From: a virus
Taxonomy: Duplodnaviria > Caudoviricetes
IMG/VR virus record: IMGVR_UViG_3300028587_000031
Span: 1-28,925 of that record
Reading direction: 5' to 3' (one strand)
Length of the DNA: 28,925 nucleotides
The translations under genes and the position numbers were made by a program. The notes under the pieces are model-generated. The model was not told the origin of the DNA, did no database searches, and saw nothing but the letters and a program-made list of their open reading frames with translations. This document shows, one piece after another, positions 15,150 through 24,156 of the stretch; the first letter of the stretch is position 1, and the number at the start of each line of letters is the position of its first letter.

Positions 15150-17387
15150 CTGGACCGTACGCCAGGCGGTGCCGTTCGTCCGCTCGTAGGACCGGATCGC
15201 GTCGACGATCGCGCCGCCTACCTCAGCGGGCGGGGTCCCGGCGGCGACGTTCACCGTGATCGAGATTTGTCCCCCGGTCCCACCAGCGCCGCTGTACTGC
15301 CCTGCTGCGAGCTGCGCGGCGGACACGACACGCTCACCACCGTGGAGGATCGCCGGCACCGCGGTGAACCGAGACCCGGGGACGAGGCCACCGGTCGCGA
15401 AGCCGAGGACCGACCCTGCCCGGTTCAACTGCTCCTGCGCGTACGGCGTCAACGTCACGTCGATCTGCGTGTTGCGTCGCCGGGTCGCATGGTCAGCCTT
15501 GCGACCGTGCTCGTCGACCTTGTCGTTCGCGTCTTTCGTCTCGGCATCGACCTTCGTCGTCACCGGGTTCTTGGCGATGAGGTCGTCGATCTTGTCGATC
15601 TGTGCTTGCACCGCACCCGTCGCGTCGCCGTGCACCCGGATCGTTTCGAGGAGCGAGTTCTTCATCGCGATGAGGCCGCTGACGCCTTCGTTCTTGAGCT
15701 TGTCGGCGAGATTGCCCTCAGTGACCTGCATGTCGTAAGCGGCTTTCGTCGCCTGAATCTTCGACTGCTCCAACGAGTTCACCGCATCGCGGTACTCGTA
15801 CGAAGTTGGCACCGAGCCCTTCGCGATGAGGTCATCGACCTTCTTCTGCGCGGCTTCGACGTTGAGCTGCGCCGCCTCATACCCAAGCGCCCCACCCTGG
15901 CCCGCCAGGTACGCGTTCGCGAGGTCGGTCACCGACTTGCGTTGCGTCTCGTTCGCCGTCGCGACACCCTCCGACGCCGCGGCGAGTCGGTCGAGGTCCG
16001 CGATGCGTGCCTGCTCCGTGATCGCTGCGAGCTTCTGCTCCTCCTTGAGCTTCTTGATTGCAGGTTCGAGCTCCTCGATCTGTGCTTTCAGGGCCGCGCC
16101 CTTCGCGCCCTGCTCACGCATCGCCTCCGTGACCTCGAAGGTCGTCATCCCGAACTCGCGCTGCGACGCCGCACCGTCGAGACTCGTCTTGCCGTACTCC
16201 TGAATCGCGAACTCGGTGCCCTTGTACGCCGCCTTCAACAACTGCAACTGCGGCTCGAGGATCGCGAGTGTCTGCTGCGTCGTCTGCCCCGCCGCCTCCG
16301 CGGCCTTGACGTGCGCTTCACCCCACCGCTTCCCTGCCTCCGCGGCCTCCTCCGCAGCCGTCTTGCCCTGGCCCATCCACCACACGAACCCAGCGATGGC
16401 GACAACCGCGAGGCCGATCGCACCCGCGGTCAGGATTTGCGTCGCGTTGAGCATCTGCAACCGGAGGATCAGATAAGGAATCTCAGCGGCAGCTTTCGCG
16501 ACGCCACCAGCGATCGCACTCATGCCCCTCACGACATTCACGCCTGCCGAATAGAGGAGGCCGACCGTGGTGGCCGCAAGCGCGGCGACGACAACGAACT
16601 GTTGGACCGGCGCGGGGAGTGTGCCGAACGCGTCAGCGACCGCACCCGCCGCGTCCGCGACGCGCAGGAATGTCGGGAGTAACGCGCGACCGAGTGACTC
16701 TTGCAGCTCACCGAACGCGACCGACATCTTCATGCTGCCCGTCGCGGATTTCTCGGCGACGCCGCCGACCTGATTCTCGACTTCCTTGAGGATGATCTTC
16801 TGTGCACCGAGCGCGTCGCCGCTCGCGAGGAGGACCTTGATCTGTTCCTTCTGCTGCTCGGTGAACTGCACGCCCGCTTTCCCGAGGGCAGCGAGTCCTT
16901 TCTCGGGGTCTTGGAGTGCCTTCCCGAGCATCTTCGCTGCACCTTCGACCGAGCTAAACCCTGTCGCCGACAGGTCGACCGCCGCCTTCGTTGCCCGGTC
17001 GAAGATGCCTGCCTGCTGACCCGCCGCTCCCGACACTTCATGGAACGTCGCGAGGATCGTCTGCCCACCCTTGATGACCTCGTCGTCGATGCCGACCTTG
17101 CGCGACAGCGACGACGCGAGCTCCTCCGCCTTGTTCGTCCAGTTGCCGGTTTCGTCACCGGCGTTCTTGAGCGTCTTGGCGAGCTTCGCCGACACCTGAT
17201 CGGCAGTCTCAGCGGCAGTGATCCAGCTCTTGACCTCGGTGGCGACGAACGCCCCCGTGATAGCGGTCCCGACGCCCTTGACCGCCTTCGTGACCCCCGT
17301 CGTGCTGCGTTCGGCTTCGTTCAGCCCCGCCTTGAGCTGCGACGTGTCAGCAAGGAACTTGACGATGACATCGGCAGTGTTCGGCAT
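15147..17387 (-). CDS. Tape measure protein
   Basis: 746 aa, Ala/Gly-rich helical; ADVIVKFLADT start, LGKALQDP.KGL.AL.K.G, FATGG.V and A.LH.GE.V motifs; follows the chaperones. Confidence 0.9.
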   Translation of the reverse strand: MPNTADVIVKFLADTSQLKAGLNEAERSTTGVTKAVKGVGTAITGAFVATEVKSWITAAETADQVSAKLAKTLKNAGDETGNWTNKAEELASSLSRKVGIDDEVIKGGQTILATFHEVSGAAGQQAGIFDRATKAAVDLSATGFSSVEGAAKMLGKALQDPEKGLAALGKAGVQFTEQQKEQIKVLLASGDALGAQKIILKEVENQVGGVAEKSATGSMKMSVAFGELQESLGRALLPTFLRVADAAGAVADAFGTLPAPVQQFVVVAALAATTVGLLYSAGVNVVRGMSAIAGGVAKAAAEIPYLILRLQMLNATQILTAGAIGLAVVAIAGFVWWMGQGKTAAEEAAEAGKRWGEAHVKAAEAAGQTTQQTLAILEPQLQLLKAAYKGTEFAIQEYGKTSLDGAASQREFGMTTFEVTEAMREQGAKGAALKAQIEELEPAIKKLKEEQKLAAITEQARIADLDRLAAASEGVATANETQRKSVTDLANAYLAGQGGALGYEAAQLNVEAAQKKVDDLIAKGSVPTSYEYRDAVNSLEQSKIQATKAAYDMQVTEGNLADKLKNEGVSGLIAMKNSLLETIRVHGDATGAVQAQIDKIDDLIAKNPVTTKVDAETKDANDKVDEHGRKADHATRRRNTQIDVTLTPYAQEQLNRAGSVLGFATGGLVPGSRFTAVPAILHGGERVVSAAQLAAGQYSGAGGTGGQISITVNVAAGTPPAEVGGAIVDAIRSYERTNGTAWRTVQ

Positions 17388-17398
17388 GTCATCGGTCC

Positions 17399-17414
17399 TG
17401 ATAGACGGCTATCA
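17399..17414. promoter_or_regulatory. Palindrome copy 9 (TGATAGACGGCTATCA)
   Basis: Supplies the stop of the frameshifted chaperone frame. Confidence 0.88.
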
Positions 17415-17600
17415 CCGGTGCCGTCCTCGAGCACGGGCCCGTGCTTGCGCTCGACGCTGTGCGCGTTGCTCGTCGAGGATGATGCTGTTCATCTCGTCGA
17501 GCAAGCCCATCGGCATGTCGAGCACGTCCTGTGGATTCAGGGTCCAGATACGGGCGATGTTTGCGGCGCGCCGCCATTGCTGGCGGCGATGGCTTCCGGG
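17412..17600 (-). CDS. Tail assembly chaperone, T portion (-1 frame; not in ORF track)
   Basis: Open frame ...QQWRRAANIARIWTLNPQDVLDMPMGLLDEMNSIILDEQRAQRRAQARARARGRHR, -1 relative to G. Confidence 0.65.
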   Translation of the reverse strand, partial: PGSHRRQQWRRAANIARIWTLNPQDVLDMPMGLLDEMNSIILDEQRAQRRAQARARARGRHR

Positions 17601-17839
17601 GCCGCTTCTCCGCCCTCGTCCTCGTTGACGAGGTCGAGCTCACTCATCTTGAGGTTGAGTGCCTGCGCGTACGTGAACGTCGGGTCGACCCGCTTGTGCA
17701 CCAGATACGCCATCGCTGCCACCGAGTAGAACTGCGCGCCCGGTCCGTCGGTCGGATGTCCGTTCTCCGCCGCGATCTGTGCCGCTTCTGCATGTTCTGC
17801 GAGCGTCATGTCCGCAGCGTCCACCCTGATCTTCACCAC
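17537..17839 (-). CDS. Tail assembly chaperone, G portion
   Basis: GGAGG RBS then GTG 17839; lies between the tail genes and the tape measure. Confidence 0.7.
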   Translation of the reverse strand: MVKIRVDAADMTLAEHAEAAQIAAENGHPTDGPGAQFYSVAAMAYLVHKRVDPTFTYAQALNLKMSELDLVNEDEGGEAAPEAIAASNGGAPQTSPVSGP

Positions 17840-18198
17840 GTCCGTGCCTCCTGTTCGAGCTGTCGTGTGATAGCCGCGGCGATCCGGTTGTCGGCACCCG
17901 CACATGTGGGACCGAGATACCGACCACCTGCGACACGAGCACGACCACGTGAACCGCCGTACTCGATCCACGCAGCATAAACAGCCGCCCACGTGATGAT
18001 CGCGCCTGTGCTCGCCGGCGCCGCGCTCAACGAGTCGGCGAGTTCCCCCGAACGGTGAGGCAACTTCGCCTGCGTCTGCTCCACGACCGACTTCGCTTCC
18101 TTGGTGCACTCGGCGTTCGCGAGGGGCTGTGCGCGGCCCTCCATCCGGTTGAGGAGCCGCACCAAGCCCGACGTGTCGATCTGGACGTTCGCGGCCAC
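17833..18198 (-). CDS. HK97 gp10-like neck/tail completion protein
   Basis: P.RSG.L..SL, YA.WIEYGG and GRYL.P motifs. Confidence 0.75.
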   Translation of the reverse strand: MAANVQIDTSGLVRLLNRMEGRAQPLANAECTKEAKSVVEQTQAKLPHRSGELADSLSAAPASTGAIITWAAVYAAWIEYGGSRGRARVAGGRYLGPTCAGADNRIAAAITRQLEQEARTW

Positions 18199-18201
18199 CG
18201 G

Positions 18202-18639
18202 TCAGGTGATCGGGAAGGTCGGTACGCCCTGGACGGCCAGCACCAGCTCGAACTCGGACGGCTCGCCGACCGGCGATGTCAGGAACGGGAACGCCTTGAC
18301 GAGCGCGTTGCCGACCATCGCCGGGTTCGACACCGACCGTGCCACCGACGTGTCGGGCAGCAGCTCGAACGCGGTGACCGTGCCGACGAGCGGACGCACC
18401 AACGTCCAGAGGCCCGCCGCGCCGAACGACTGCAACGCCGTCACGGTGATGACCCACTTCTCCGGCTTGTACGTCGTGTACGTGCCGCAGAACGTCTCGT
18501 ACGTGTTCTCGTCCTGCTCGGGAGACGCGTCGACCTGATTCGCGGCGCACTCGATGGTGACACCGGTCGTGATGTTGCCGAGCAGAATCTTCGGCTTGAC
18601 GATGATGAAAGGTGCGGCGGTGACTGGACTGACAGCCAT
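18202..18639 (-). CDS. Major tail (tube) protein
   Basis: 145 aa beta-rich; YETFCG, W...VT.LQ, NP...G and L.VQG.PT; start ATG 18639 (TAATG overlap). Confidence 0.7.
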   Translation of the reverse strand: MAVSPVTAAPFIIVKPKILLGNITTGVTIECAANQVDASPEQDENTYETFCGTYTTYKPEKWVITVTALQSFGAAGLWTLVRPLVGTVTAFELLPDTSVARSVSNPAMVGNALVKAFPFLTSPVGEPSEFELVLAVQGVPTFPIT

Positions 18640-19061
18640 TAGTGGCCTCCGTTCGATGCTGCAAGCAGCGCGGGTTGGGTGATGCTCACCGTCGCGGTGC
18701 ACAACGCGACGACGCTCTGATACCGGACCCCGTCCACGTCGTACGGCGCGGGCTTCGATACCTGCCGGATCGGGTGTCGTGCCTCGACGAGCGCCGAGAC
18801 TGCCGTCTCGACCATCAACTCGAGGACATCGAGACCGACGCCCGGTTCGACGCGTGTGCTGACGATCCGGATGTCGACGCCAGCCGAGTAGACACAGCTG
18901 GTTGTGGGGCCGAACAGCATCGGCTCCGACCACATGACGATGAACGCCGGTGGCGTGAGCCCGTCGACGGGCTGGTCGAGGACCGCCCAGTCGGTGTGCG
19001 GCGCGGACGCGGTCCGGAGCGCGTCGACGACCTGACCGCGGAGTGTCGCAAGCTCACCCAC
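18639..19061 (-). CDS. Tail terminator-like protein
   Basis: PVD.LTPPA..V.W.EP motif and position before the tail tube; start approximate. Confidence 0.6.
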   Translation of the reverse strand: MGELATLRGQVVDALRTASAPHTDWAVLDQPVDGLTPPAFIVMWSEPMLFGPTTSCVYSAGVDIRIVSTRVEPGVGLDVLELMVETAVSALVEARHPIRQVSKPAPYDVDGVRYQSVVALCTATVSITQPALLAASNGGH

Positions 19062-19123
19062 GACGTACCTGTTCCCCCGCGTACAGCCACGCACGCTGCG
19101 GTGATGCGACAGGACCGCCGCGC

Positions 19124-19139
19124 TGATAGGCGACTATCA
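19124..19139. promoter_or_regulatory. Palindrome copy 10 (TGATAGGCGACTATCA)
   Basis: Supplies the stop of the head-tail connector. Confidence 0.88.
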
Positions 19140-19466
19140 CGCCAGACCCCATGACATCTTGTACGGCAGGAGCGTCGCGGCGTGATCGTCGAACGGCGCT
19201 TTCGGCGCGGTCACCGTCCCTGTCTCCTGCACACCTGCGATCCCTGCGTACATCGCCGGTGCCTTGAACCACTCGACCGCACGGTTGATGTTGACGCGCG
19301 TCAATAGCGCACTCGGGATCGTCGCCACTGCGATCCCTTCGACTTGCAGGTAGTGGTCAATCTCGATCGTCGCCGATCCGAGGCAGTCGTCGAGCACCTT
19401 CGTGTTCTCGGCAGTCACCGTCGTGTTCAACGCGGCGGCGAGCTCGGCGGCAGTCGCGTACGCCAT
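19137..19466 (-). CDS. Head-tail connector/adaptor
   Basis: MAYAT..EL...L, L..A..EID.Y and LL.PYK pattern. Confidence 0.75.
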   Translation of the reverse strand: MAYATAAELAAALNTTVTAENTKVLDDCLGSATIEIDHYLQVEGIAVATIPSALLTRVNINRAVEWFKAPAMYAGIAGVQETGTVTAPKAPFDDHAATLLPYKMSWGLA

Positions 19467-19468
19467 CG

Positions 19469-19822
19469 TCAGGTCGCAGTCACCGTCAGGTTCACGACGT
19501 TCGAGTCCTCGTTGACCGACACGTTGCGGACCTTGAACGCCCGACTGCCCGAGCCGATCGGACCCGGTGCGTAGCTCAACGTCATCGACGTTGCACTCAC
19601 CCGGGTGCCACCCGCGACGACGCCGTCGACGACGACGACCGCGTCGGTCGCGAAGTTCGTACCGGTCAACGTGATCGTCGCTGCCGCCGAGTTCTGCACC
19701 CGCGTGTTCGGTGCGAGCGTCGCGAGTGTCGGGTCCGGCGTCCAGACGCTCGGGTCGTAGCTCGCGTCGTAGTAGCCGAGTCCGAGTTGTGCCCGCCGTA
19801 CCTCGTCCATGCTCATGCTCAT
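19469..19822 (-). CDS. IPT/TIG Ig-like protein (possible head decoration)
   Basis: PTL..L.P, TITLTGTNF...AVV.VDG, T.VSAT.MT, V.N and SN.V.LTV. Confidence 0.7.
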   Translation of the reverse strand: MSMSMDEVRRAQLGLGYYDASYDPSVWTPDPTLATLAPNTRVQNSAAATITLTGTNFATDAVVVVDGVVAGGTRVSATSMTLSYAPGPIGSGSRAFKVRNVSVNEDSNVVNLTVTAT

Positions 19823-19843
19823 GTCGTGTCCTTCCGTGTGCGA

Positions 19844-19877
19844 GTGGGGCGGCGGCAGGTGGTTACCGCCGCCCCAC
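19844..19877 (-). terminator. Hairpin after the capsid gene
   Basis: 12-bp perfect stem GTGGGGCGGCGG/CCGCCGCCCCAC, 10 nt after the capsid stop; no U-tract. Confidence 0.6.
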
Positions 19878-19887
19878 CCACGTCGTG

Positions 19888-21144
19888 TTACGGACCGACA
19901 AGCACAGCGCCGTTGCTGACCGGCCCTGTCTCGTTCGTCACGGGCCGGTAGAACGCGATCGCCTCAGCGACCGCGACCTGACGACCGAGCAGTGCAGGCT
20001 CGACGGCTTCGAGGACCGGGAACGGGTAGACGTACGCCTCGAGCGCCGAGCTGTTGCCGACGTAAATCTTGGTGTCGGTGATGGCCGGCGTGAGGATCGA
20101 CTGCAACCCGAGCGGACCGAGGTTGAAGCTGTCGAGTGACGCGGTACCGATCGCGTTCGCCGCCCCCAGGTACGGGAACAGTGGACGGCCCGCCGAGTCG
20201 ACCAGCGAGCCGAGCATCGCCCAGCCCGCGGGTCCGTACGTGATCCACGTCGGCAGCTCCGACGTGTTCGTGTAGACGAGCGCCGCCGCGTCGTACAACG
20301 CCTTGATCGTCACTGCGGCAGTCGCTCCCGCCGCGAGCGTGACCTTCGCCGTCGTCAACGCGAGGGCGGTGAGCGCCGCTGCCTCACCCTGCCACGCGAC
20401 ACGACGTTGCAGCTGGCTGATGATGATGTTCCACCCCGCCGGTTGCAGCGACATGAGCTGCTGCGACACGTTGAGGTAGCCGCCGTACGTGTTGAGCGAC
20501 AGGTTGTCGACCTTGATGTCGAACTTCTTGGAGACGAGCTCGGCCTTCTCCAACGTCTGCTGGGCCGCGCCGCCTGTCTTGAGGTTCGGGTCGACGATGC
20601 GCGGACGCGAGAACGTCAGCGCGTTCGGTGCCTGCTGCCGCCCGATCGCCGAGAGAAACGGCTGACCCTTCGGCGACAGGTCGATGACCGGACCGACGAT
20701 GGGTGCGACGAACAGACCGCCGACATCGCCCGCGACCGGGGTCGTGTTCGATGCCTTCGTGCCCATGTGCTCGGCGGCACGCTTCATCACGAGGTCCCAG
20801 CGACGCTTCGCGTCCTGGTCGTCGTGGTCGTGAGAGCTGCCGAACGTGCCGTGCAGGCAGTCCCACAGCATCTCGCCACCCGAGCGGTACATGACCTCCG
20901 ACGGCGGACCCGGCGTCGGGGAGAGCAGCTTGTCGCGCGTCTCCTGGTCCATCGTCGTGTCGCGTCCGAGCACGGCGATCATCTCGTCGAGCCGGTCGAT
21001 GCGTGCGTACGACTTCGTCATCATCTCGAGGTCGTCGGCAGTCGGGTCCTTGCCGCGGTCGGCGGCGTTGTTCTTGAGCACGTTGACGGTGTTGACGAGG
21101 TCGTCGCGTTCGCGGATGTAGTCCTCGACGAGTGCGTGGGGCAT
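19888..21144 (-). CDS. Major capsid protein (HK97 fold, N-terminal delta domain)
   Basis: 418 aa; coiled-coil N-terminus, YRSGGE, Q..EK.EL.S, TYGGY.NVS.Q and L.DS.GRPLFP; GGGAGG RBS. Confidence 0.88.
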   Translation of the reverse strand: MPHALVEDYIRERDDLVNTVNVLKNNAADRGKDPTADDLEMMTKSYARIDRLDEMIAVLGRDTTMDQETRDKLLSPTPGPPSEVMYRSGGEMLWDCLHGTFGSSHDHDDQDAKRRWDLVMKRAAEHMGTKASNTTPVAGDVGGLFVAPIVGPVIDLSPKGQPFLSAIGRQQAPNALTFSRPRIVDPNLKTGGAAQQTLEKAELVSKKFDIKVDNLSLNTYGGYLNVSQQLMSLQPAGWNIIISQLQRRVAWQGEAAALTALALTTAKVTLAAGATAAVTIKALYDAAALVYTNTSELPTWITYGPAGWAMLGSLVDSAGRPLFPYLGAANAIGTASLDSFNLGPLGLQSILTPAITDTKIYVGNSSALEAYVYPFPVLEAVEPALLGRQVAVAEAIAFYRPVTNETGPVSNGAVLVGP

Positions 21145-21154
21145 GGTGCCTCCC

Positions 21155-21286
21155 GGTGACGCGGACCCAGCAACCGATGTGCCGTGGCCCAGTGATGGTG
21201 GGTTAGGCGTCGGGCGGGTCGGCCCGCAGGGACGGAGCCGGAGCTACCGGGAGTCCGTGGTGCTGCGGGTGTCGAGAGTCGTCACC
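21155..21286 (-). ncRNA. Predicted structured leader (three-way junction) of the capsid gene
   Basis: Complementary blocks 21155-61/21280-86, 21223-29/21263-69 (plus inner stems) and 21164-68/21216-20. Confidence 0.45.
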
Positions 21287-21302
21287 TCTGCTCGAGGCGA
21301 GA

Positions 21303-21318
21303 TGATAGGCGACTATCA
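21303..21318. promoter_or_regulatory. Palindrome copy 11 (TGATAGGCGACTATCA)
   Basis: Intergenic, just upstream of the capsid leader. Confidence 0.88.
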
Positions 21319-21329
21319 GAGCTGCGCGT

Positions 21330-21473
21330 CTAGGCGACGAGCGAACGCCCCAGGTAATCCTTGTTGCCAGCCACAACTGCCCGACCCATCGAGTCGGTCG
21401 CCTGGCTCGTACCCGGGGTCGCGTTGACCAGTGGCCGACCGAGGTAGTCCTTCGTCATCGTGGTGGTAGGCAT
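21330..21473 (-). CDS. 47-aa peptide with D-x-(L/M)-G-R repeats
   Basis: MPTTTMTKDYLGRPLVNATPGTSQATDSMGRAVVAGNKDYLGRSLVA; AAGGGAG RBS. Confidence 0.65.
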   Translation of the reverse strand: MPTTTMTKDYLGRPLVNATPGTSQATDSMGRAVVAGNKDYLGRSLVA

Positions 21474-21477
21474 GTCG

Positions 21478-21669
21478 TCAGTCTCCCTTGGTCGGTGCGT
21501 CGCGTACCCATGTAACCGTGCCATCTTCGTGGAGTCGAAGCTGCAAGTAGTCGAACTCGGCGACCGGGTCACCGTGCCCTCCGAGATGCCACGCCGCTGG
21601 CACCGCGATCTGGTGGACGATCGGCGACTCAATCGACGTGACCTTCGTGCCGGTATCGGTCGGCGGCAT
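21478..21669 (-). CDS. Hypothetical protein, 63 aa
   Basis: TGATG coupling to the protease stop. Confidence 0.55.
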   Translation of the reverse strand: MPPTDTGTKVTSIESPIVHQIAVPAAWHLGGHGDPVAEFDYLQLRLHEDGTVTWVRDAPTKGD

Positions 21670-22433
21670 CAGTCCTGCCTCCGGAAGCCGCCCGGCTGGG
21701 TCACGCCGTACTCACGGACGAGCTGCTGTTGCTTGGCGACTTCCTCGTCGGCACGCGCGGCGAGCTTCTCGAACTCGCGGCGACGTTCCGCCGCCTCCTC
21801 CGCCTCTGCCGCGACGCGGTCCCGCTCTGCCTGCTTCTCCGCTTCCGCAGCCTCGGCAGCTTCCCGCTCGACCTTCTCGGCGGCGTCACGTTCGGCTTGC
21901 TCGCGTTGCTGCTCGTCCATCTCGGACCGGTACGCGAGCACCTGCGCGGTCGCGTACGCACCCTTCGGTTCGAGCGCCACCTGATCGAGATGTGCGCGTA
22001 CCCGCCACTTCACGCCGTCGACCTCGACCGTGTGGTCGGCACGCGGCAACCGGAACTCGACCGACAGTTCGTCGATGCCGTTCTCGAGCAACATGCCGAC
22101 ATCGCCTTCGAGTGACGGCAGGATGCGCGCGTCGCCGTACAGCCCGTCGTCCTCCTCACGCAGTCCGACGAACGGACCGAGGTATCCGAGTCCGTGCGGA
22201 CCGTGCGTGTGCACCAACCCGATCTTGTTGATGACACCTTTCGCTTTCGACCCGGCCTGCGGTGAGAACGCACCACGACGGAACCCTTCGGTGTACGTGT
22301 CCATCCCGCCGTCGGGGAGCATGTCGAGGACCTGCGTCGGGAGGTCGTAGGGGACGAGCCGGCCAGTCAGCTGGCGTGGTCCCGTCTGCTCGATCTGCGT
22401 CGGGTACGCGCGCAGGAACGGTCCGTCAGTCAT
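21669..22433 (-). CDS. HK97-family prohead protease with C-terminal coiled-coil (scaffold-like) tail
   Basis: GR.VPY, E.F.RGAF, H, L.E.DDGLY, ELSVEF and L..VAL...GAY..A.V...R; E/A/R-rich tail. Confidence 0.85.
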   Translation of the reverse strand: MTDGPFLRAYPTQIEQTGPRQLTGRLVPYDLPTQVLDMLPDGGMDTYTEGFRRGAFSPQAGSKAKGVINKIGLVHTHGPHGLGYLGPFVGLREEDDGLYGDARILPSLEGDVGMLLENGIDELSVEFRLPRADHTVEVDGVKWRVRAHLDQVALEPKGAYATAQVLAYRSEMDEQQREQAERDAAEKVEREAAEAAEAEKQAERDRVAAEAEEAAERRREFEKLAARADEEVAKQQQLVREYGVTQPGGFRRQD

Positions 22434-22629
22434 GTCCACTCCCTCCGAGCACGCGGCGTCGCAGCTCGTCCAACAGTTCCAGAGTCGAGACTTGCGTGAG
22501 GTCGAAGTGCACGCCTCGCGGCAAGTTCAACACGTACTCGCCGAGCGCCTCGGCTTGAGGCGTCGGTGTGTCAGGGTCGAACTCGACGACCGAGTCGAGC
22601 GCGTCAGCAACGAGGTCGTCCTGGCTCAC
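22426..22629 (-). CDS. Hypothetical protein, 67 aa
   Basis: GTGA-coupled to the portal stop and overlapping the protease start. Confidence 0.55.
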   Translation of the reverse strand: MSQDDLVADALDSVVEFDPDTPTPQAEALGEYVLNLPRGVHFDLTQVSTLELLDELRRRVLGGSGHD

Positions 22630-24119
22630 GACGGACCACCCGGCGGCGTGTTCGTGCCCTTGAGTGCCGCAATCTCCGCCGGTGTCATCATCCGGTCGCC
22701 ATCAGGACGCGGCGGCAACCCGTAGTCCGCGCGTGCCTCGTTCACCGTCATCAGCTGGGCCTGCACCATCGACGGCGCACCGACCTGTGCGGTCAGCGGA
22801 TCGGCCCGTGGTGTCGACTTCGGAATCTCTGCGCTCGCGCCTTCGAGACGTTCCGCAGCACGAATCTCCTCGACGGTGATCGCACGCTTGCCGGTCACCG
22901 GGTCGACGATGCCGTGCAGCGCAGTCCACCCGGTGACACGCTCGTTGAACGCAGGACGCACGTACTCGTCGCGGTTGAGCTCGGCGCGTTCGCCGGGCAC
23001 CAGCGCCCAGTTCGACACGGCCTCCATGATCGTCGCCGCCTTCGGACGTAGGTACGCACGCCAGTGGAAGTCATAGATGCCCTCCGCGTTGCGGTACGTC
23101 AACGACCCGTCGCCGGTCGGGAGGCCGAGCAGTGTCGGCGGGACCGACAGCAGGACCGCGCATCGTGCTTCGTCGAACTGCCGCAGCTCGAGGAGCGCCA
23201 TGTCTTTCGGACTGAGCGAGAACGGCGTGAGTGTCACGCCGCCCGACATGACCGCAGGGGAACCGATGGCCGACATGCGTGACTGCACGAACCGGTCGCG
23301 CATCGCTGTCGCTTGCGTCTCCGACAGGTTCCCCGGCGCGCTGAGGACACCCCACGGGATACCGCCACGCATCGAGAGTGTCGACTGGTACTTCTCCAAC
23401 GCCGCCGCGCCGAACAGGTTGAGCGCCAACGCCTCAAGCGGGCCGTGTCCGTGGGCGTCACCGGGCCATGACGAGTACCGGATGTGCAGCACGTCGTCGG
23501 TGATGTCGATGCCACCCATCTCGTACCGACGGGTCTGGCCGACCATGTCGACATCGACCCATCCGGGGTTGAGCATCACCCAGGTGCGGACCGTGCCGTT
23601 CGGGTTGCGTGACGTTGCCCACAGGAACGCTTCGCCGGAGAAGTAGGCGATGATGACTTGCTTCATCGCTTCGGTCCACCCGGTGTAGACCTCGGGTTGC
23701 GGGTTGAGCATCCACGGCACCGGCTCGATGACCTTGTTGTCGCGCACGCGGTACGGCGGCATCGTCGACAGGATCGACGCGTTGAGGTCGATGGCGCCGA
23801 ACACGACCGAGACGCGGTTGATGATGTCGCCCAGTCCGCGTGCGCCGTTCCCCCAGTTCGGGGTGTCCCACTCGACGGGCCATCCGGACCACGGCATCAC
23901 CTGCGGTGCGACGACCGGTGAGTACGGCGTCGCGGTCGTCGTGGTCGACGGGTACATGACGTGCGTGTTCCCGAAGCCTTCGCTGCTCGTCGGACCGACC
24001 GTCCGCGGCGGCACGTTGACCCCGGGGCCGTTGTCGTTCGGAGGCCACGACCGGGGGTCCTCGCGCTTGTGGCGGCGGTCGGTCACGACGAGGCCGTAGT
24101 CGGTCACGTAGTCACCCAT
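22626..24119 (-). CDS. Portal protein (HK97 family)
   Basis: D.LHIR, G.GPLE, P.GVL, ..MSGG, P.DM.LLE.R.F, VPP.LLG, LTY.N.E and TVNEAR..GLPP. Confidence 0.9.
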   Translation of the reverse strand: MGDYVTDYGLVVTDRRHKREDPRSWPPNDNGPGVNVPPRTVGPTSSEGFGNTHVMYPSTTTTATPYSPVVAPQVMPWSGWPVEWDTPNWGNGARGLGDIINRVSVVFGAIDLNASILSTMPPYRVRDNKVIEPVPWMLNPQPEVYTGWTEAMKQVIIAYFSGEAFLWATSRNPNGTVRTWVMLNPGWVDVDMVGQTRRYEMGGIDITDDVLHIRYSSWPGDAHGHGPLEALALNLFGAAALEKYQSTLSMRGGIPWGVLSAPGNLSETQATAMRDRFVQSRMSAIGSPAVMSGGVTLTPFSLSPKDMALLELRQFDEARCAVLLSVPPTLLGLPTGDGSLTYRNAEGIYDFHWRAYLRPKAATIMEAVSNWALVPGERAELNRDEYVRPAFNERVTGWTALHGIVDPVTGKRAITVEEIRAAERLEGASAEIPKSTPRADPLTAQVGAPSMVQAQLMTVNEARADYGLPPRPDGDRMMTPAEIAALKGTNTPPGGPS

Positions 24120-24156
24120 TGCTCGCAGAGGGTAACGCAGTGCAGGTCAGCCAGTG

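Noticed and set aside
17868-17883. Extra palindrome copies (TGATAG at 17868 and 17258; CGATAG at 25291 and 27222)
   Set aside because: Only one half-site is present, with no CTATCA partner at the 4-bp spacing.
238-24099. Long plus-strand ORFs such as 238-1200, 11718-12743, 15084-16682 and 16701-17729
   Set aside because: Arg/Pro-rich antisense shadows of well-supported minus-strand genes, as expected at high GC.
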